Source: a virus. Taken from it: a stretch of DNA of 64,000 bases. A program made the translations under genes and the position numbers. A model generated the notes under the pieces. It saw nothing but the letters and a program-made list of their open reading frames with translations, searched no databases and was not told where the DNA came from. Each line of letters opens with the position of its first letter. Within the stretch, counting starts at the first letter, position 1. This document shows, piece by piece, positions 12,975 through 22,899 of this stretch. The stretch covers positions 26,822 to 90,821 of IMG/VR virus record IMGVR_UViG_3300019776_000365; one strand, given 5' to 3'.

Positions 12975-13667
12975 TTAATCGTAATTACAATTTAACAACA
13001 TTTTATTACTTTCTCCCCACATAAAATCTTCATAGTTTTCAATAGTACATTTAACCCCAAATTTACCTTTAATAATATCAATCAATTCATAAGTTGGTGA
13101 TATAAATAAGTCTTGATGAAATGTTCTTTGAAAAACCTGCACATTGCCTTTTTGTATAAATACACCAAGATTATCTTCTATCCATTCAATTATATCATTA
13201 GACCATACTTTAGGATCTAAATGTATTACAAAAATAGTTCCTTTCTTAAAATCTACATGTTCTAATAACTTACATTTGTCGAATGTACAAAATTCATTTC
13301 TAACACTCAAATTAAACAAACAGCATTTACCAACTATTAACTGATTTGCAAACTCTTTAAATGTTTTTTCATTGCAATACACTTTTATTGAGCTATAATC
13401 ATCAACTAAATATATCCATAAAAACATATTGCCAGCTTGTGATGTCTTATATTCTATTTTATCTATCACAGCGGCTATCATACAGCCTTTAAGGTCATTT
13501 CTATCAAGTATTTGCTCATTTAAATACGCAATGTTACTTAGATTCCAATTATCTGCTTTAAGCTTATATTCGCCTAATACGGAGGTTAAATTAAACCCTA
13601 AAACTTCTCTTTCTAATGATAGTAATTGTTGTTTAGTTGGATTAACTATTCTTTCTTTTTTTGCCAT
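12975..13667 (-). CDS. stand-alone protein resembling the C-terminal OB-fold region of DNA Pol III alpha (DnaE)
   Basis: LSLEREVLGFNLT matches DnaE ExExLGxYLS; KTSQAGNMFLWIYLVDDYSSIKVYC matches the TKxGxxMAFxxLED.xG.IEV OB strand pattern; no catalytic domains. Confidence 0.6.
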   Translation of the reverse strand: MAKKERIVNPTKQQLLSLEREVLGFNLTSVLGEYKLKADNWNLSNIAYLNEQILDRNDLKGCMIAAVIDKIEYKTSQAGNMFLWIYLVDDYSSIKVYCNEKTFKEFANQLIVGKCCLFNLSVRNEFCTFDKCKLLEHVDFKKGTIFVIHLDPKVWSNDIIEWIEDNLGVFIQKGNVQVFQRTFHQDLFISPTYELIDIIKGKFGVKCTIENYEDFMWGESNKMLLNCNYD

Positions 13668-13953
13668 TAAATATAAACAAATATCCTACATTTTCGTCAT
13701 ATTTGAAGTCAATTATTTCACCCAAATACTCTCTTGAATTAGATTCTGTATTTTTACAGTCTAATTGCATTCCTACATACAATCTAGGACATGTGTGTAT
13801 CTCAATAAATTTCTCACCCTCGTCATTGTAGCCAATATACACAGGATTTGGCCCTGTAATTAATTTAGCAGCCCTAAATGAAGGTCTGCTTTTGATTGGT
13901 ATTAAAAACCTTAAGAACGAATCACTCTTTTTAAATATTTTGTATGTTGCCAT
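13642..13953 (-). CDS. hypothetical protein
   Basis: ORF 13642-14001; ATG at 13953 is the more likely start. Confidence 0.6.
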   Translation of the reverse strand: MATYKIFKKSDSFLRFLIPIKSRPSFRAAKLITGPNPVYIGYNDEGEKFIEIHTCPRLYVGMQLDCKNTESNSREYLGEIIDFKYDENVGYLFIFNGKKRKNS

Positions 13954-14137
13954 ATTTTTCTTGTAAGAATAAATTAAACAATTCGTATTCGTCAAACCCA
14001 CCTAATCCATTGTTATAGTCGTGGTAGTAATATTTAACTGATTTATCTACATGTCTTATTGCAAAGAAATGCTCACTAGTCCACTTTAAGAACTCAATAG
14101 ATAGGCTTTTAGATTCCTCTTTTACTACATCTACCAT
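13931..14137 (-). CDS. hypothetical protein
   Basis: 68-aa ORF in the operon. Confidence 0.55.
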   Translation of the reverse strand: MVDVVKEESKSLSIEFLKWTSEHFFAIRHVDKSVKYYYHDYNNGLGGFDEYELFNLFLQEKYGNIQNI

Positions 14138-14142
14138 AATTA

Positions 14143-14652
14143 TTACTTTTTAACCCAAACTACCAGTTCATCAAAATCTAAAGACCATTTGTTTTTATTG
14201 AAGAATTGCCCACTTAAAATACCGACGATATTAACACCATACGCATTATTTAGTTGTTCAAATGTATTCAAATTTATAACATCAAAAGAACATTCTTGCT
14301 CTAATACTCCACTAATATTTATGTTGATATAAGTTTCATAAGAATCTACTACAACCTCATGGCCAGTAATCGTGCTTGTTTTACCAGTGTTTTTTAGTAG
14401 ATCTTTATGTTTATCACAAAACGATCTACTAATACAATTATCGCTAGCACCGCTGTCTAAAAGCATATAAACATCTTCGCCAAATATAGTTGCTTTAATA
14501 ATTGGCAGCTTTGTAATATTGAAATTATCTTTAAAGCAAATTGAATACTTATTTTGTTTTTTTATCTTATTACTAAGATCTTTAATTATTAAATATACAC
14601 CAATTGCACATCCAATAATTAGCCCTGAAATATATACATATCCTAAAATCAT
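14143..14652 (-). CDS. membrane-anchored retropepsin-like aspartic protease
   Basis: N-terminal TM segment; LLDSGAS catalytic motif; GILSG near the C-terminus. Confidence 0.8.
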   Translation of the reverse strand: MILGYVYISGLIIGCAIGVYLIIKDLSNKIKKQNKYSICFKDNFNITKLPIIKATIFGEDVYMLLDSGASDNCISRSFCDKHKDLLKNTGKTSTITGHEVVVDSYETYININISGVLEQECSFDVINLNTFEQLNNAYGVNIVGILSGQFFNKNKWSLDFDELVVWVKK

Positions 14653-14658
14653 CTATTA

Positions 14659-14904
14659 TTATTTTTCATGTTTATAATCACCAAATGTTATATATCTAAC
14701 AAATGTTTCAAATGGTGTTTTATCATATTCGTAATAATGATACTTACCGTAAACTCTTTTTCCTGTGAACCACTCCCAATTTGACCTTTTTGCTTTAAAA
14801 TCCCATAAGAATCTAATCGTTATATAAAATAAATATACGATTAAATCCATAATCCACAATAAAGTTGCAAATATAATCCACACTGGATATAAAATATATT
14901 TCAT
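14659..14904 (-). CDS. hypothetical membrane protein
   Basis: 81 aa with a hydrophobic N-terminus. Confidence 0.6.
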   Translation of the reverse strand: MKYILYPVWIIFATLLWIMDLIVYLFYITIRFLWDFKAKRSNWEWFTGKRVYGKYHYYEYDKTPFETFVRYITFGDYKHEK

Positions 14905-14907
14905 TTA

Positions 14908-15168
14908 TTATTTGTTTTTGTTAATACCATTCTTATTATCCCAAATAAGCGTTCCATCCCAATCGTAAAATTCTTCAGTTGGATTGCCGTCATTCTCTTC
15001 TACTGAAATATCCTCCATTGAATCATATAGAGATTCAGATTCATAGTTTACATTATAGATCTCGCCATTTTTAATAAGTTCGATAATCTCTTCATCTGAA
15101 ATATCATCGTCAAGCCATTGTCTATCCCAGATAGTAAATTTTCTATCTATATATTTTCTTCTACCCAT
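14908..15168 (-). CDS. hypothetical acidic protein
   Basis: 86-aa ORF. Confidence 0.65.
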   Translation of the reverse strand: MGRRKYIDRKFTIWDRQWLDDDISDEEIIELIKNGEIYNVNYESESLYDSMEDISVEENDGNPTEEFYDWDGTLIWDNKNGINKNK

Positions 15169-15171
15169 AAT

Positions 15172-15654
15172 TTATTTATTATATCCACCAGTAGAACCAA
15201 ATCCACCACGAGATTCGTTATTAAAATGTTTTACTTTCTCAAACACCGGCCTGCCAATAAATATATGCCTAATTTTAGCCCACCACGGAGCGTCTTGAGT
15301 GAGTCTAATTTCAAACTGACATATACGTTCATACTTGTTTACTTCAGTCGCTTTAAGAGCAAATAAAGGACATTTCCATATGTCATTATTACCAATATAG
15401 CCTTTATTATAATTATTTGGCCCATCAATTACCCCATAATGGTTTAAAACAACTAGGTGTTTTTTAATACCAAGACTACTCCTGGGTACTATATTTGCTT
15501 GATAATACCTAGGTAGATTCATTGACAATCCTAATGACACTACAGCTTGACCGAATCTTTCAAACTTTATGTGTTCTGCTGATTTAAGATCGTACCAATT
15601 GCCATTCTTTTCAATTTTACACCCATTGTCGTGATATATTACTTGTATTTTCAT
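15172..15654 (-). CDS. dut: trimeric dUTPase
   Basis: YDL, PRSS, GVID, RICQF, RGGFGSTG motifs. Confidence 0.9.
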   Translation of the reverse strand: MKIQVIYHDNGCKIEKNGNWYDLKSAEHIKFERFGQAVVSLGLSMNLPRYYQANIVPRSSLGIKKHLVVLNHYGVIDGPNNYNKGYIGNNDIWKCPLFALKATEVNKYERICQFEIRLTQDAPWWAKIRHIFIGRPVFEKVKHFNNESRGGFGSTGGYNK

Positions 15655-15666
15655 TTAATTATTATT

Positions 15667-16107
15667 TTATTTCTTAAACTTAAAAATTAGGCCATCTTCT
15701 GATTTTGTATACATTTTATCAATTTTTACTCTTTTGTATATTGTTGCATATGGTATATTAAGAATTATTGATGCTATTGTTATGTTTTTAAATTCAGCGA
15801 TTTTATCCCCATTAAGACTATAACATTCGATTGGGGTATTATCGTACTTGCCTATTCTTATATTTGAGAATTTATCATTAATTATTCTATATAATTTCAC
15901 AATATCATCCCTATATGTTCTTTTTTTTTTGAAAAGAAGCGTATCGTCTGGTAATACATGGATATCATTATTTTTTGAAAACATTGGATATTTACCAATT
16001 GTGTCTGGATAAAATTTATTCCTAGCGTCATTTAAACAATCGAATGATTCTATAAAAGATCCATCATTATTGTATCTAAAAACCTTTATTTTTTGTCTTC
16101 CACTCAT
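15667..16107 (-). CDS. NUMOD1-repeat DNA-binding protein
   Basis: Two repeats of the type V..Y..DG.FI..F....A. Confidence 0.6.
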   Translation of the reverse strand: MSGRQKIKVFRYNNDGSFIESFDCLNDARNKFYPDTIGKYPMFSKNNDIHVLPDDTLLFKKKRTYRDDIVKLYRIINDKFSNIRIGKYDNTPIECYSLNGDKIAEFKNITIASIILNIPYATIYKRVKIDKMYTKSEDGLIFKFKK

Positions 16108-16124
16108 TTTGATTTATTTGTTTA

Positions 16125-17009
16125 TTAAAATATTTCTGGGCATTTATCTTTTATCTGCTGTGTACAAAAATACGATAACCGTTTAAAATCGATTATAGGG
16201 TTTTTAAATTCTTTAATGAAATTCCAACACTCCTCTTTTACAAGACAATAAAAAACAGTATTTATTAATCGTGGAATAAATTTAGAACTCCAATCTCCGT
16301 TATTATCGTTTTCAATTTTTGACTTTTCTTTGTCAATAAGTGCTTTTGTAATATATTTTTTACAAATTTCTTCCTCAATAATTTTAGCTTCTTTTATTTC
16401 AGTTATTTGCACTTTTTGATGTCTTGCTTTAAAATCATTGGTTACAATTTTAGCCCATATTTGATTTCCAAATCTATTTTTATAGTCGTAGTTTTTTATA
16501 ACAATTCCTTCTCCGACCCCATTGCCATCTTTAATTAAATATCCATTTTTATCTAATTGATTTATGAGTCTTTCATATGTTGGATTTTCAATTTTGCATA
16601 TTGGAGGAATATATTCAATATCAAATTCATCAAGTAACTCTTTATATTCTTCGTATGGTAAATATTCATTTTCATTCATTACATCAAAAGCATAAAACTT
16701 TCTCCAAGCTGAATCTTCATACGTCTTTAAAGAGTGTGGTACTAACCACTCTCCATATAATCGCAAATTAGGATATTTGCAGAAAAACAAATTGATATTA
16801 TCTTGCTCTAAAACCCATTTATAAAAACCGGCATTGTCATATTCCAATGAAAGTTTTCTGTTTCTAGAGCCAGCCATTAGTATGTTATTTTTCCAAATCT
16901 GCGCATTTGTTCCATCGATTTTTGGGAAAATATAGCATATGCCATTTTCTATTCCATTTGTTTCAGTAGTGCCAAATCTCTCTACGTGTTGATATTTTAA
17001 AAAATCCAT
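16125..17009 (-). CDS. ATP-dependent RNA ligase (Rnl2-like)
   Basis: PKIDGTNA (motif I), LYGEW, FYAFDV, GEGIVIK, WAK. Confidence 0.8.
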   Translation of the reverse strand: MDFLKYQHVERFGTTETNGIENGICYIFPKIDGTNAQIWKNNILMAGSRNRKLSLEYDNAGFYKWVLEQDNINLFFCKYPNLRLYGEWLVPHSLKTYEDSAWRKFYAFDVMNENEYLPYEEYKELLDEFDIEYIPPICKIENPTYERLINQLDKNGYLIKDGNGVGEGIVIKNYDYKNRFGNQIWAKIVTNDFKARHQKVQITEIKEAKIIEEEICKKYITKALIDKEKSKIENDNNGDWSSKFIPRLINTVFYCLVKEECWNFIKEFKNPIIDFKRLSYFCTQQIKDKCPEIF

Positions 17010-17028
17010 GTAATCTTTTTTTTAATGA

Positions 17029-18885
17029 TTATTTAATCTCGCAATTTCCACCACTACATGCACCTTCGGCTTGTAGATTTACATTATCATCTAATTCAAT
17101 AACATCATCTAGATTGACTTGATTTACATATTGCATTAGATTGTCATAAACCTCTTTAGTGCATTCCTCAAATGGTGCTTGTTTAAATGTACCACCATTG
17201 TATGGTAAAATACTCAATCCGTTATAAAACTTCTTGTTATTCCACATCCAATCTCTAACAGCATCCCACTCATCATTTTTAATAGATACTGTGGCTGAGA
17301 TGTTATGAGTGTTAGATCCTTTAATATGACCAGGTAATACCCATTCATTATAAACCTTCTTAATACGCTCTAATAAATCAACGGATGTTTCATTTCTAAT
17401 AATACAACCATCTGGAGATTTAACTGGCATACTAATAACTGCAGTGTCTTTAGGATTCATCCAATCATCTTCAACAAGCTGTGGTAGATTATTTTTCAAG
17501 TAAGTGTAAATCTCTTCATTCTTATTTACACGTACTCTACGAATGTAATACTGTGCATAATAAGCATGTATGCCACTAGACGATCCAACAACTAACGAGG
17601 ATGTTCCTGCTGGTTTAATACATGTAGTTCTTGCGGCAGCGTTAATACCAATTTGTTCCGCTACTTTCCTGTTAGTCTCTACAACTAATTTAGCACCTTC
17701 TGATAAATCAACTATATTTAGGTTACCAGATGCTATTCCAGTAATACTAACACCTAGTAAGGAGTCTAACTCTGTATTTTCACGCCATTTATCACGCAAA
17801 TAATAAAAGTCGGTATAACCAGCTTGCAGTGTGCCAATAAACGATGCTGCATAACATCTTTCCAAGAAATCTTCCTGGTTTTCTACTGATGCTAAATTAA
17901 TTTCTGTTAAATTACAATAAGTGTTTTCTTTTAACGATGCTTCACAACACGGATTATAACCCATATTTTTGTCATTACTAAAGATAAAAGCAGGATCACC
18001 CTTACCTTCCTTAACTTTCTCCCAAAAGTAGTTAAAGTCTTCACGTTTGATTTTATGTCTAATAACCATAGCTGAATTATTAGCCATAGCTCTTTGACTA
18101 TTCAATTCCCACCAATTACCATACTTGCATGTAGTCATAAGCTCATCATCAATACTAAAGATTGATATGATAGAGCTACGTCTAATACCACCAGCCAATA
18201 CAGCCTGAGCAATAAAACACATAATATCATGGCATTCCAATGTTGTTAGCTTGGAAAAATCATCTTTAGAATCTAAAATGCCTTGAATTTTAAGAATGCA
18301 TTCCTTTAATGGTTGTGGTCCTGGAGCTACACCACCTGATGTTAATAGCTTGGCTCCTTTCTTTCTAATTTGACTATAATCGAATTTAATAGTATATCCA
18401 CCATTAACATATGATTTCATCAACACCTTAATTGCATCAGACCAGCCTTGAATATCATCACTTACTACAAATCTTTTTGTTTTCTTTGGGTTTGGTTTAT
18501 GAATTTCTGGTAATTTATCTACATGATGCTTTTGCACAGATATACCTTGACCAGCCCCAGATAATAAGTTAAACATTGCTTCCGAAAATGCTTTAATATT
18601 ATCAACTGGCATATAAGCACAGTTAAACAAACGAGTATTATTTACTTCAATAGCCTTACCTCCAAACTGAAGAGATCGCATCGAGGGTAATACTTTTTTA
18701 TCTAACACATATTTAGAAAACACTCTGTAAATTTCATCTGCTATATGAGGGTATTTCTTTGCGTGCATATCTGCACATCTCATAACAATTTCCGTCCAAT
18801 TCTCACGTCTATTCAATTTTGGAATATAGCGTGCATACTTCATGTAAACAACTAAATCGCTTAATACCTTCTGACTTTTATCCAT
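17029..18885 (-). CDS. nrdJ: class II (B12-dependent) ribonucleotide reductase
   Basis: FNCAY, GGIRRS, NPCCE, CNLTE, TTCIKPAGT, C-terminal CSGGNCE; no beta-subunit gene nearby. Confidence 0.85.
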   Translation of the reverse strand: MDKSQKVLSDLVVYMKYARYIPKLNRRENWTEIVMRCADMHAKKYPHIADEIYRVFSKYVLDKKVLPSMRSLQFGGKAIEVNNTRLFNCAYMPVDNIKAFSEAMFNLLSGAGQGISVQKHHVDKLPEIHKPNPKKTKRFVVSDDIQGWSDAIKVLMKSYVNGGYTIKFDYSQIRKKGAKLLTSGGVAPGPQPLKECILKIQGILDSKDDFSKLTTLECHDIMCFIAQAVLAGGIRRSSIISIFSIDDELMTTCKYGNWWELNSQRAMANNSAMVIRHKIKREDFNYFWEKVKEGKGDPAFIFSNDKNMGYNPCCEASLKENTYCNLTEINLASVENQEDFLERCYAASFIGTLQAGYTDFYYLRDKWRENTELDSLLGVSITGIASGNLNIVDLSEGAKLVVETNRKVAEQIGINAAARTTCIKPAGTSSLVVGSSSGIHAYYAQYYIRRVRVNKNEEIYTYLKNNLPQLVEDDWMNPKDTAVISMPVKSPDGCIIRNETSVDLLERIKKVYNEWVLPGHIKGSNTHNISATVSIKNDEWDAVRDWMWNNKKFYNGLSILPYNGGTFKQAPFEECTKEVYDNLMQYVNQVNLDDVIELDDNVNLQAEGACSGGNCEIK

Positions 18886-18915
18886 AATAATTTATTTGTG
18901 TTTTATTTATAACTT

Positions 18916-19596
18916 TTAAATTTCAATTTTAATAGGCCCATGTTTTTCCAAACAATCACAAAATAGTACTTCTGCATTTTTGGTTGTATGTTGTTTTGGC
19001 TTATCTACTGGTGTATGTCCTACTATTTGCTTAAATCCTTGCAATGGCTTTTTAAGTTCTTGCCTATCACACCAGAATATACCACCTACATTACATCTCA
19101 TACCACCCCTTAAATAACCTACATCATGTAGGGTGATTTCTTGCCATTTATCTTTTGGCTTATTTAATTGGTCTGCAATATTCTTATCTATATCACCTTT
19201 ATATCTTTCTACAAACCAATTGTGCTGAATCCCCGCATGAGTAAAAATTACGTCTTCTATTTGATAAGCGTTTTGAAATAAATTCTTATTTGGATGTAAA
19301 ATATCATAAATATCGTATTGTATTTCAGGTCTTAGGCCACTACATTTAAATTCATTTGTATGCGGATATAAATAATTAAATTCATGATTACCGTAAAGTA
19401 ATACAACTTTATCTAAATTGTCTAACTTAAATTGTATAATATCTTTTAAGTTATTTATCATTTGCTCATTGCTATAAATATATGAATCAACATAATCACC
19501 TAAAAAGACAATTTTATCACAACTTAGATCAATATATTTCTTCCATATATCAGAGCAATGAATATCGCCAAAAACTTGTGTATTTATTTTACTCAC
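18916..19596 (-). CDS. calcineurin-like metallophosphoesterase
   Basis: GDIH, GDYVD, GNHE, THAG, GHTP. Confidence 0.9.
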   Translation of the reverse strand: MSKINTQVFGDIHCSDIWKKYIDLSCDKIVFLGDYVDSYIYSNEQMINNLKDIIQFKLDNLDKVVLLYGNHEFNYLYPHTNEFKCSGLRPEIQYDIYDILHPNKNLFQNAYQIEDVIFTHAGIQHNWFVERYKGDIDKNIADQLNKPKDKWQEITLHDVGYLRGGMRCNVGGIFWCDRQELKKPLQGFKQIVGHTPVDKPKQHTTKNAEVLFCDCLEKHGPIKIEI

Positions 19597-19599
19597 ATT

Positions 19600-19830
19600 C
19601 TATAATTTTTCAATTTCTTGTTTGACTTGTTGCCAATATTCTTTTGCTCCATAAGTTACTGGCAAATAAAATGTTTTTATTATTTCATCAACTGCAATTA
19701 ATGCACATTGTTTAGCATCACTATCTGTTAAAGAATATTCTTTTTCCCATAATCCATCAACCAATATGGTTTCACTATTTACTAATGAAAATTTATTTAT
19801 TAATTCTATTGCTTTTTCTTTTGCTGTCAT
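19600..19830 (-). CDS. hypothetical protein (paralog of 40121-40357)
   Basis: MT.KEKA.EL ... KQCALIAV.EII ... YWQ.VK.EIEKL. Confidence 0.75.
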   Translation of the reverse strand: MTAKEKAIELINKFSLVNSETILVDGLWEKEYSLTDSDAKQCALIAVDEIIKTFYLPVTYGAKEYWQQVKQEIEKL

Positions 19831-19831
19831 C

Positions 19832-20860
19832 TTATAAATGATTTAAATCAATAATACAATCACCATTTTGTTTTACCACTTTGACTGGATAATCAAAATA
19901 GTCATTTTTAATATGCCAATGAGCATTTTGAGCTAATGTCATCCAATTAACACCGAATTTATCCATAGACCAATTATTCACGCTGGCAGCACTTGGTATA
20001 GTCCAGCACATAGGCATTTTATTACGCCTATTTACTACAATGAATTTAAATGGTAATATTTTGTAATCAGAGTATTCGGTATCAGCTATAATGCTCTCGA
20101 TTAAATAAGTATACTGTGGGCTTTGTATCCAATAATTCCATTCAACAAATGATTTCTCAAAATCCCACTCATTCTTACCTGTGGTTTTTAAGTCAATAGG
20201 TTGTATTGTTTTAGCTTCATTATCAACAATAATCTTGTCAAGCATACCTCTAATCGGAACATCACCATAAAATGACTTAAATTTAAGCTGATAATAATGT
20301 TCTACTAGATAATCAAATGGATCTTCGTTGAAATATTCTTTAGTAAATGAGTTTGTCTTTAAAGCATCAACACATTCTAAAGCGTCGGTATAATCATATT
20401 GAGATACTTTTATTTTACCAATAGATTCCTTTAGGATGTTAAAATATTCAGATCCTTCTTTGATTATTTTATCATATCTAGTTTGATCTTTCCAGTTTGA
20501 TTGATAACCAACTGCATCAGCTAGTACTATAACTGATTCCATAGGAATTTCATTTAGTGGTATTTTATCAAACCCTTCAACATTAAATTCAAAATTAATA
20601 TTTTCAACTATCTTCCTAATAGAATCACTTGGAATCTTATCATTTCTAGCTATATAAAACCTATCATTTAATGTTTCTGGCTCTGTAATTAAACAGTCAA
20701 CCAAACTGCCAAATCTCAAAGAATCAGTATCTTTCTTTTCTTTAGATATTAGCGACTTTGGCCCACTTCTATAAAACTCACTCAATCCTGAGTATGACAG
20801 AGAGGAGTCTTGTCTGTACTCCTCTTCTGTTACATTCCATGCTAAATCTTTAAATATCAT
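19832..20860 (-). CDS. PD-(D/E)XK exonuclease (RecE/exoVIII-like)
   Basis: LSYSGL, FGSLVDC, RGMLD..IDLKTT, Y..Q...Y. Confidence 0.8.
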   Translation of the reverse strand: MIFKDLAWNVTEEEYRQDSSLSYSGLSEFYRSGPKSLISKEKKDTDSLRFGSLVDCLITEPETLNDRFYIARNDKIPSDSIRKIVENINFEFNVEGFDKIPLNEIPMESVIVLADAVGYQSNWKDQTRYDKIIKEGSEYFNILKESIGKIKVSQYDYTDALECVDALKTNSFTKEYFNEDPFDYLVEHYYQLKFKSFYGDVPIRGMLDKIIVDNEAKTIQPIDLKTTGKNEWDFEKSFVEWNYWIQSPQYTYLIESIIADTEYSDYKILPFKFIVVNRRNKMPMCWTIPSAASVNNWSMDKFGVNWMTLAQNAHWHIKNDYFDYPVKVVKQNGDCIIDLNHL

Positions 20861-21119
20861 ATTCGTTTAAAATAAAATTATTCTCACCTTCATAATAGAA
20901 ATTTACATCATTAACCAATGATTTCATTGACATGAGATTGCAATATCTTTCTGTCATTTCTTCAGGATTGCATTTTTTATACTCTTTTTTAATCTCAGAT
21001 TCTACAATCTCACTTATACTTTGGAAATCTCTTTTATCAATAAATCTATTTACAATGATGTTATCTTTAAATGATAGATTATTAATAGAATATTCTTTTA
21101 GCTTATCTAGCTTTTTCAT
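20850..21119 (-). CDS. hypothetical protein
   Basis: 89-aa ORF overlapping its neighbours. Confidence 0.65.
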   Translation of the reverse strand: MKKLDKLKEYSINNLSFKDNIIVNRFIDKRDFQSISEIVESEIKKEYKKCNPEEMTERYCNLMSMKSLVNDVNFYYEGENNFILNEYDI

Positions 21120-21519
21120 TTTCTTTTATTATTTCTATTGCTTTTAAGATTGCTTGTTCTTTGGTATGATCTAAATTGTCATAAAATTTATTCCTAAATT
21201 TACCCCTTGAATCAAATCCTGAATCAATCATATCTAAATTTCTAACAGTAAAATACATTCTTCGAATTTTTCCAAATATATCTAAATGATCAAATTCGAT
21301 ATTAATAATAATAAGATGTTTTTCTCTGAACCAATCAATTACTTGTTGCCAAAGAGGTGCATCAATAATATAATCATTTGACTCCACAATATTTGAGTGT
21401 GAATAATTCGTTTTATTAAACTTTTTATTTTCTATATAATAAAGTCCCATACATGGTTCATTAAAACATAATTCTTTCAGCTTCAATGCTATTTCATAAG
21501 TTACAAATTGCTCCTTCAT
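21103..21519 (-). CDS. hypothetical protein, MKEQFV family (copy 1)
   Basis: MKEQFVTYEIALKLKE...APLWQQVIDWFREKH...EQAILKAIEII. Confidence 0.75.
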   Translation of the reverse strand: MKEQFVTYEIALKLKELCFNEPCMGLYYIENKKFNKTNYSHSNIVESNDYIIDAPLWQQVIDWFREKHLIIINIEFDHLDIFGKIRRMYFTVRNLDMIDSGFDSRGKFRNKFYDNLDHTKEQAILKAIEIIKENEKAR

Positions 21520-21525
21520 TTATTT

Positions 21526-21717
21526 TTACTTTTTAATTTCATTAAACATACTATTTAAATCGTCTAGGTTGTACTCGAAATCATCAACCAATGATTGTAT
21601 AGACTCAACTATTTGATCTCCATCAAAGCCATTATATAAATACTTATTACACTCTGATTTGATTGAAGCAATTCTTAACTTAAGCTCTTCAACTATAGAA
21701 TTAAATGATCTTTTCAT
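21526..21717 (-). CDS. hypothetical protein
   Basis: 63-aa ORF with TAATG overlap. Confidence 0.6.
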   Translation of the reverse strand: MKRSFNSIVEELKLRIASIKSECNKYLYNGFDGDQIVESIQSLVDDFEYNLDDLNSMFNEIKK

Positions 21718-22121
21718 TATTGTTTGTTTTTAATGATTTCTATTGCTTTTAGAATTGCAGCTTCACGGGCTTCTTCATATGAATCAATTAATTCATCAGT
21801 AGCGCCTAAATCGATTTCGTTGCATAGAATACCATATAGCTCTTCAGAGTCTTCAACTATCGAATAATACCAGCATAATTCAATATTATCTTCATTATTT
21901 CTATATGGCAGTATTGCAGTATATATCGAATGTTTTTCTCTAAACCAATCTATAGTTTGCTGCCAAAGCGGAGCTTTTATTACCGGGATATCTTTAGAGC
22001 TATAAACAGAATCGCTAGTAATTAATAAGTCACCACACACAAATACACCTAAGCATTCTTCATCAAACTCTAATTTTTTTAAAGCTAGAGCAATTCTATA
22101 ACTTACAAATTGTTCTTTCAT
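21717..22121 (-). CDS. hypothetical protein, MKEQFV family (copy 2)
   Basis: MKEQFVSYRIALALKK...APLWQQTIDWFREKH...EAAILKAIEII. Confidence 0.75.
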   Translation of the reverse strand: MKEQFVSYRIALALKKLEFDEECLGVFVCGDLLITSDSVYSSKDIPVIKAPLWQQTIDWFREKHSIYTAILPYRNNEDNIELCWYYSIVEDSEELYGILCNEIDLGATDELIDSYEEAREAAILKAIEIIKNKQ

Positions 22122-22576
22122 TATTTTAGTGATTTAATTATATCAATACACTCATTTATATGTTTTTGACTATGAGGCTCTAAAAACACTGGTTTTTCTG
22201 GTAATAGTGGGTAATTGTCTTCAATCCATTTAATGAACATCTTCCTTACTAATGGATATGTATCATTACCTCTACCTTTACATTCCACAAAGATAACATA
22301 ATTATCTTTCCTAACAACAAAATCTGGTGTATAAACTTTCTTTTGTGCATTTTTACGCTCTTTTAACGTCTTGGTATCTACACCAGTGTCATTTGGTCTT
22401 ACTACCAATGCTTCGACTATATCATATTTGGGTATTAATTCAAAAGACTCTTTGTTATAAGTGAAGGAGAGATTACTCTCCTTCAACTTTTTATAACAAT
22501 ATAGCTCTAATTTACTATCAAAATTAACACCATCAAAGCTTACTTTTGTTGCATTTCTTACTTTTTTATTTATCAT
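22121..22576 (-). CDS. PD-(D/E)XK endonuclease (DUF1064 / endonuclease I-like)
   Basis: DG..FDSKLE, YTPDF, VECKG. Confidence 0.8.
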   Translation of the reverse strand: MINKKVRNATKVSFDGVNFDSKLELYCYKKLKESNLSFTYNKESFELIPKYDIVEALVVRPNDTGVDTKTLKERKNAQKKVYTPDFVVRKDNYVIFVECKGRGNDTYPLVRKMFIKWIEDNYPLLPEKPVFLEPHSQKHINECIDIIKSLK

Positions 22577-22898
22577 TAGTTTTTATTAAATTAAGTCCAA
22601 CAACCAATGCTGCTTCTAGTGCATCTTCATATGAATCGAATATTTTTTGCTCATTTATATAGCCGTAAATCCACCCATAAGAGTTTATAAACGCAACATA
22701 TTTACCTTTTATTCCAGCGGTATCTACCAATAGATTAACATCATGCACTTCTCTCAACCATTTTTGCAATAAAGATTGGGTTGGATTTAAATTGTCACAG
22801 ATGCATTCTGGAAATCCACCACATTTACATACTTTAATATCAAGCCCCTTCTCTTTAGCTAATTCAGCTGTTTCAAAACTTATTAATTGTTCCTTCAT
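22566..22898 (-). CDS. hypothetical protein, MKEQ family (copy 3, diverged)
   Basis: MKEQLISFETAELAKEKG...PTQSLLQKWLREVH...SYEDALEAAL. Confidence 0.7.
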   Translation of the reverse strand: MKEQLISFETAELAKEKGLDIKVCKCGGFPECICDNLNPTQSLLQKWLREVHDVNLLVDTAGIKGKYVAFINSYGWIYGYINEQKIFDSYEDALEAALVVGLNLIKTNDK

Positions 22899-22899
22899 A

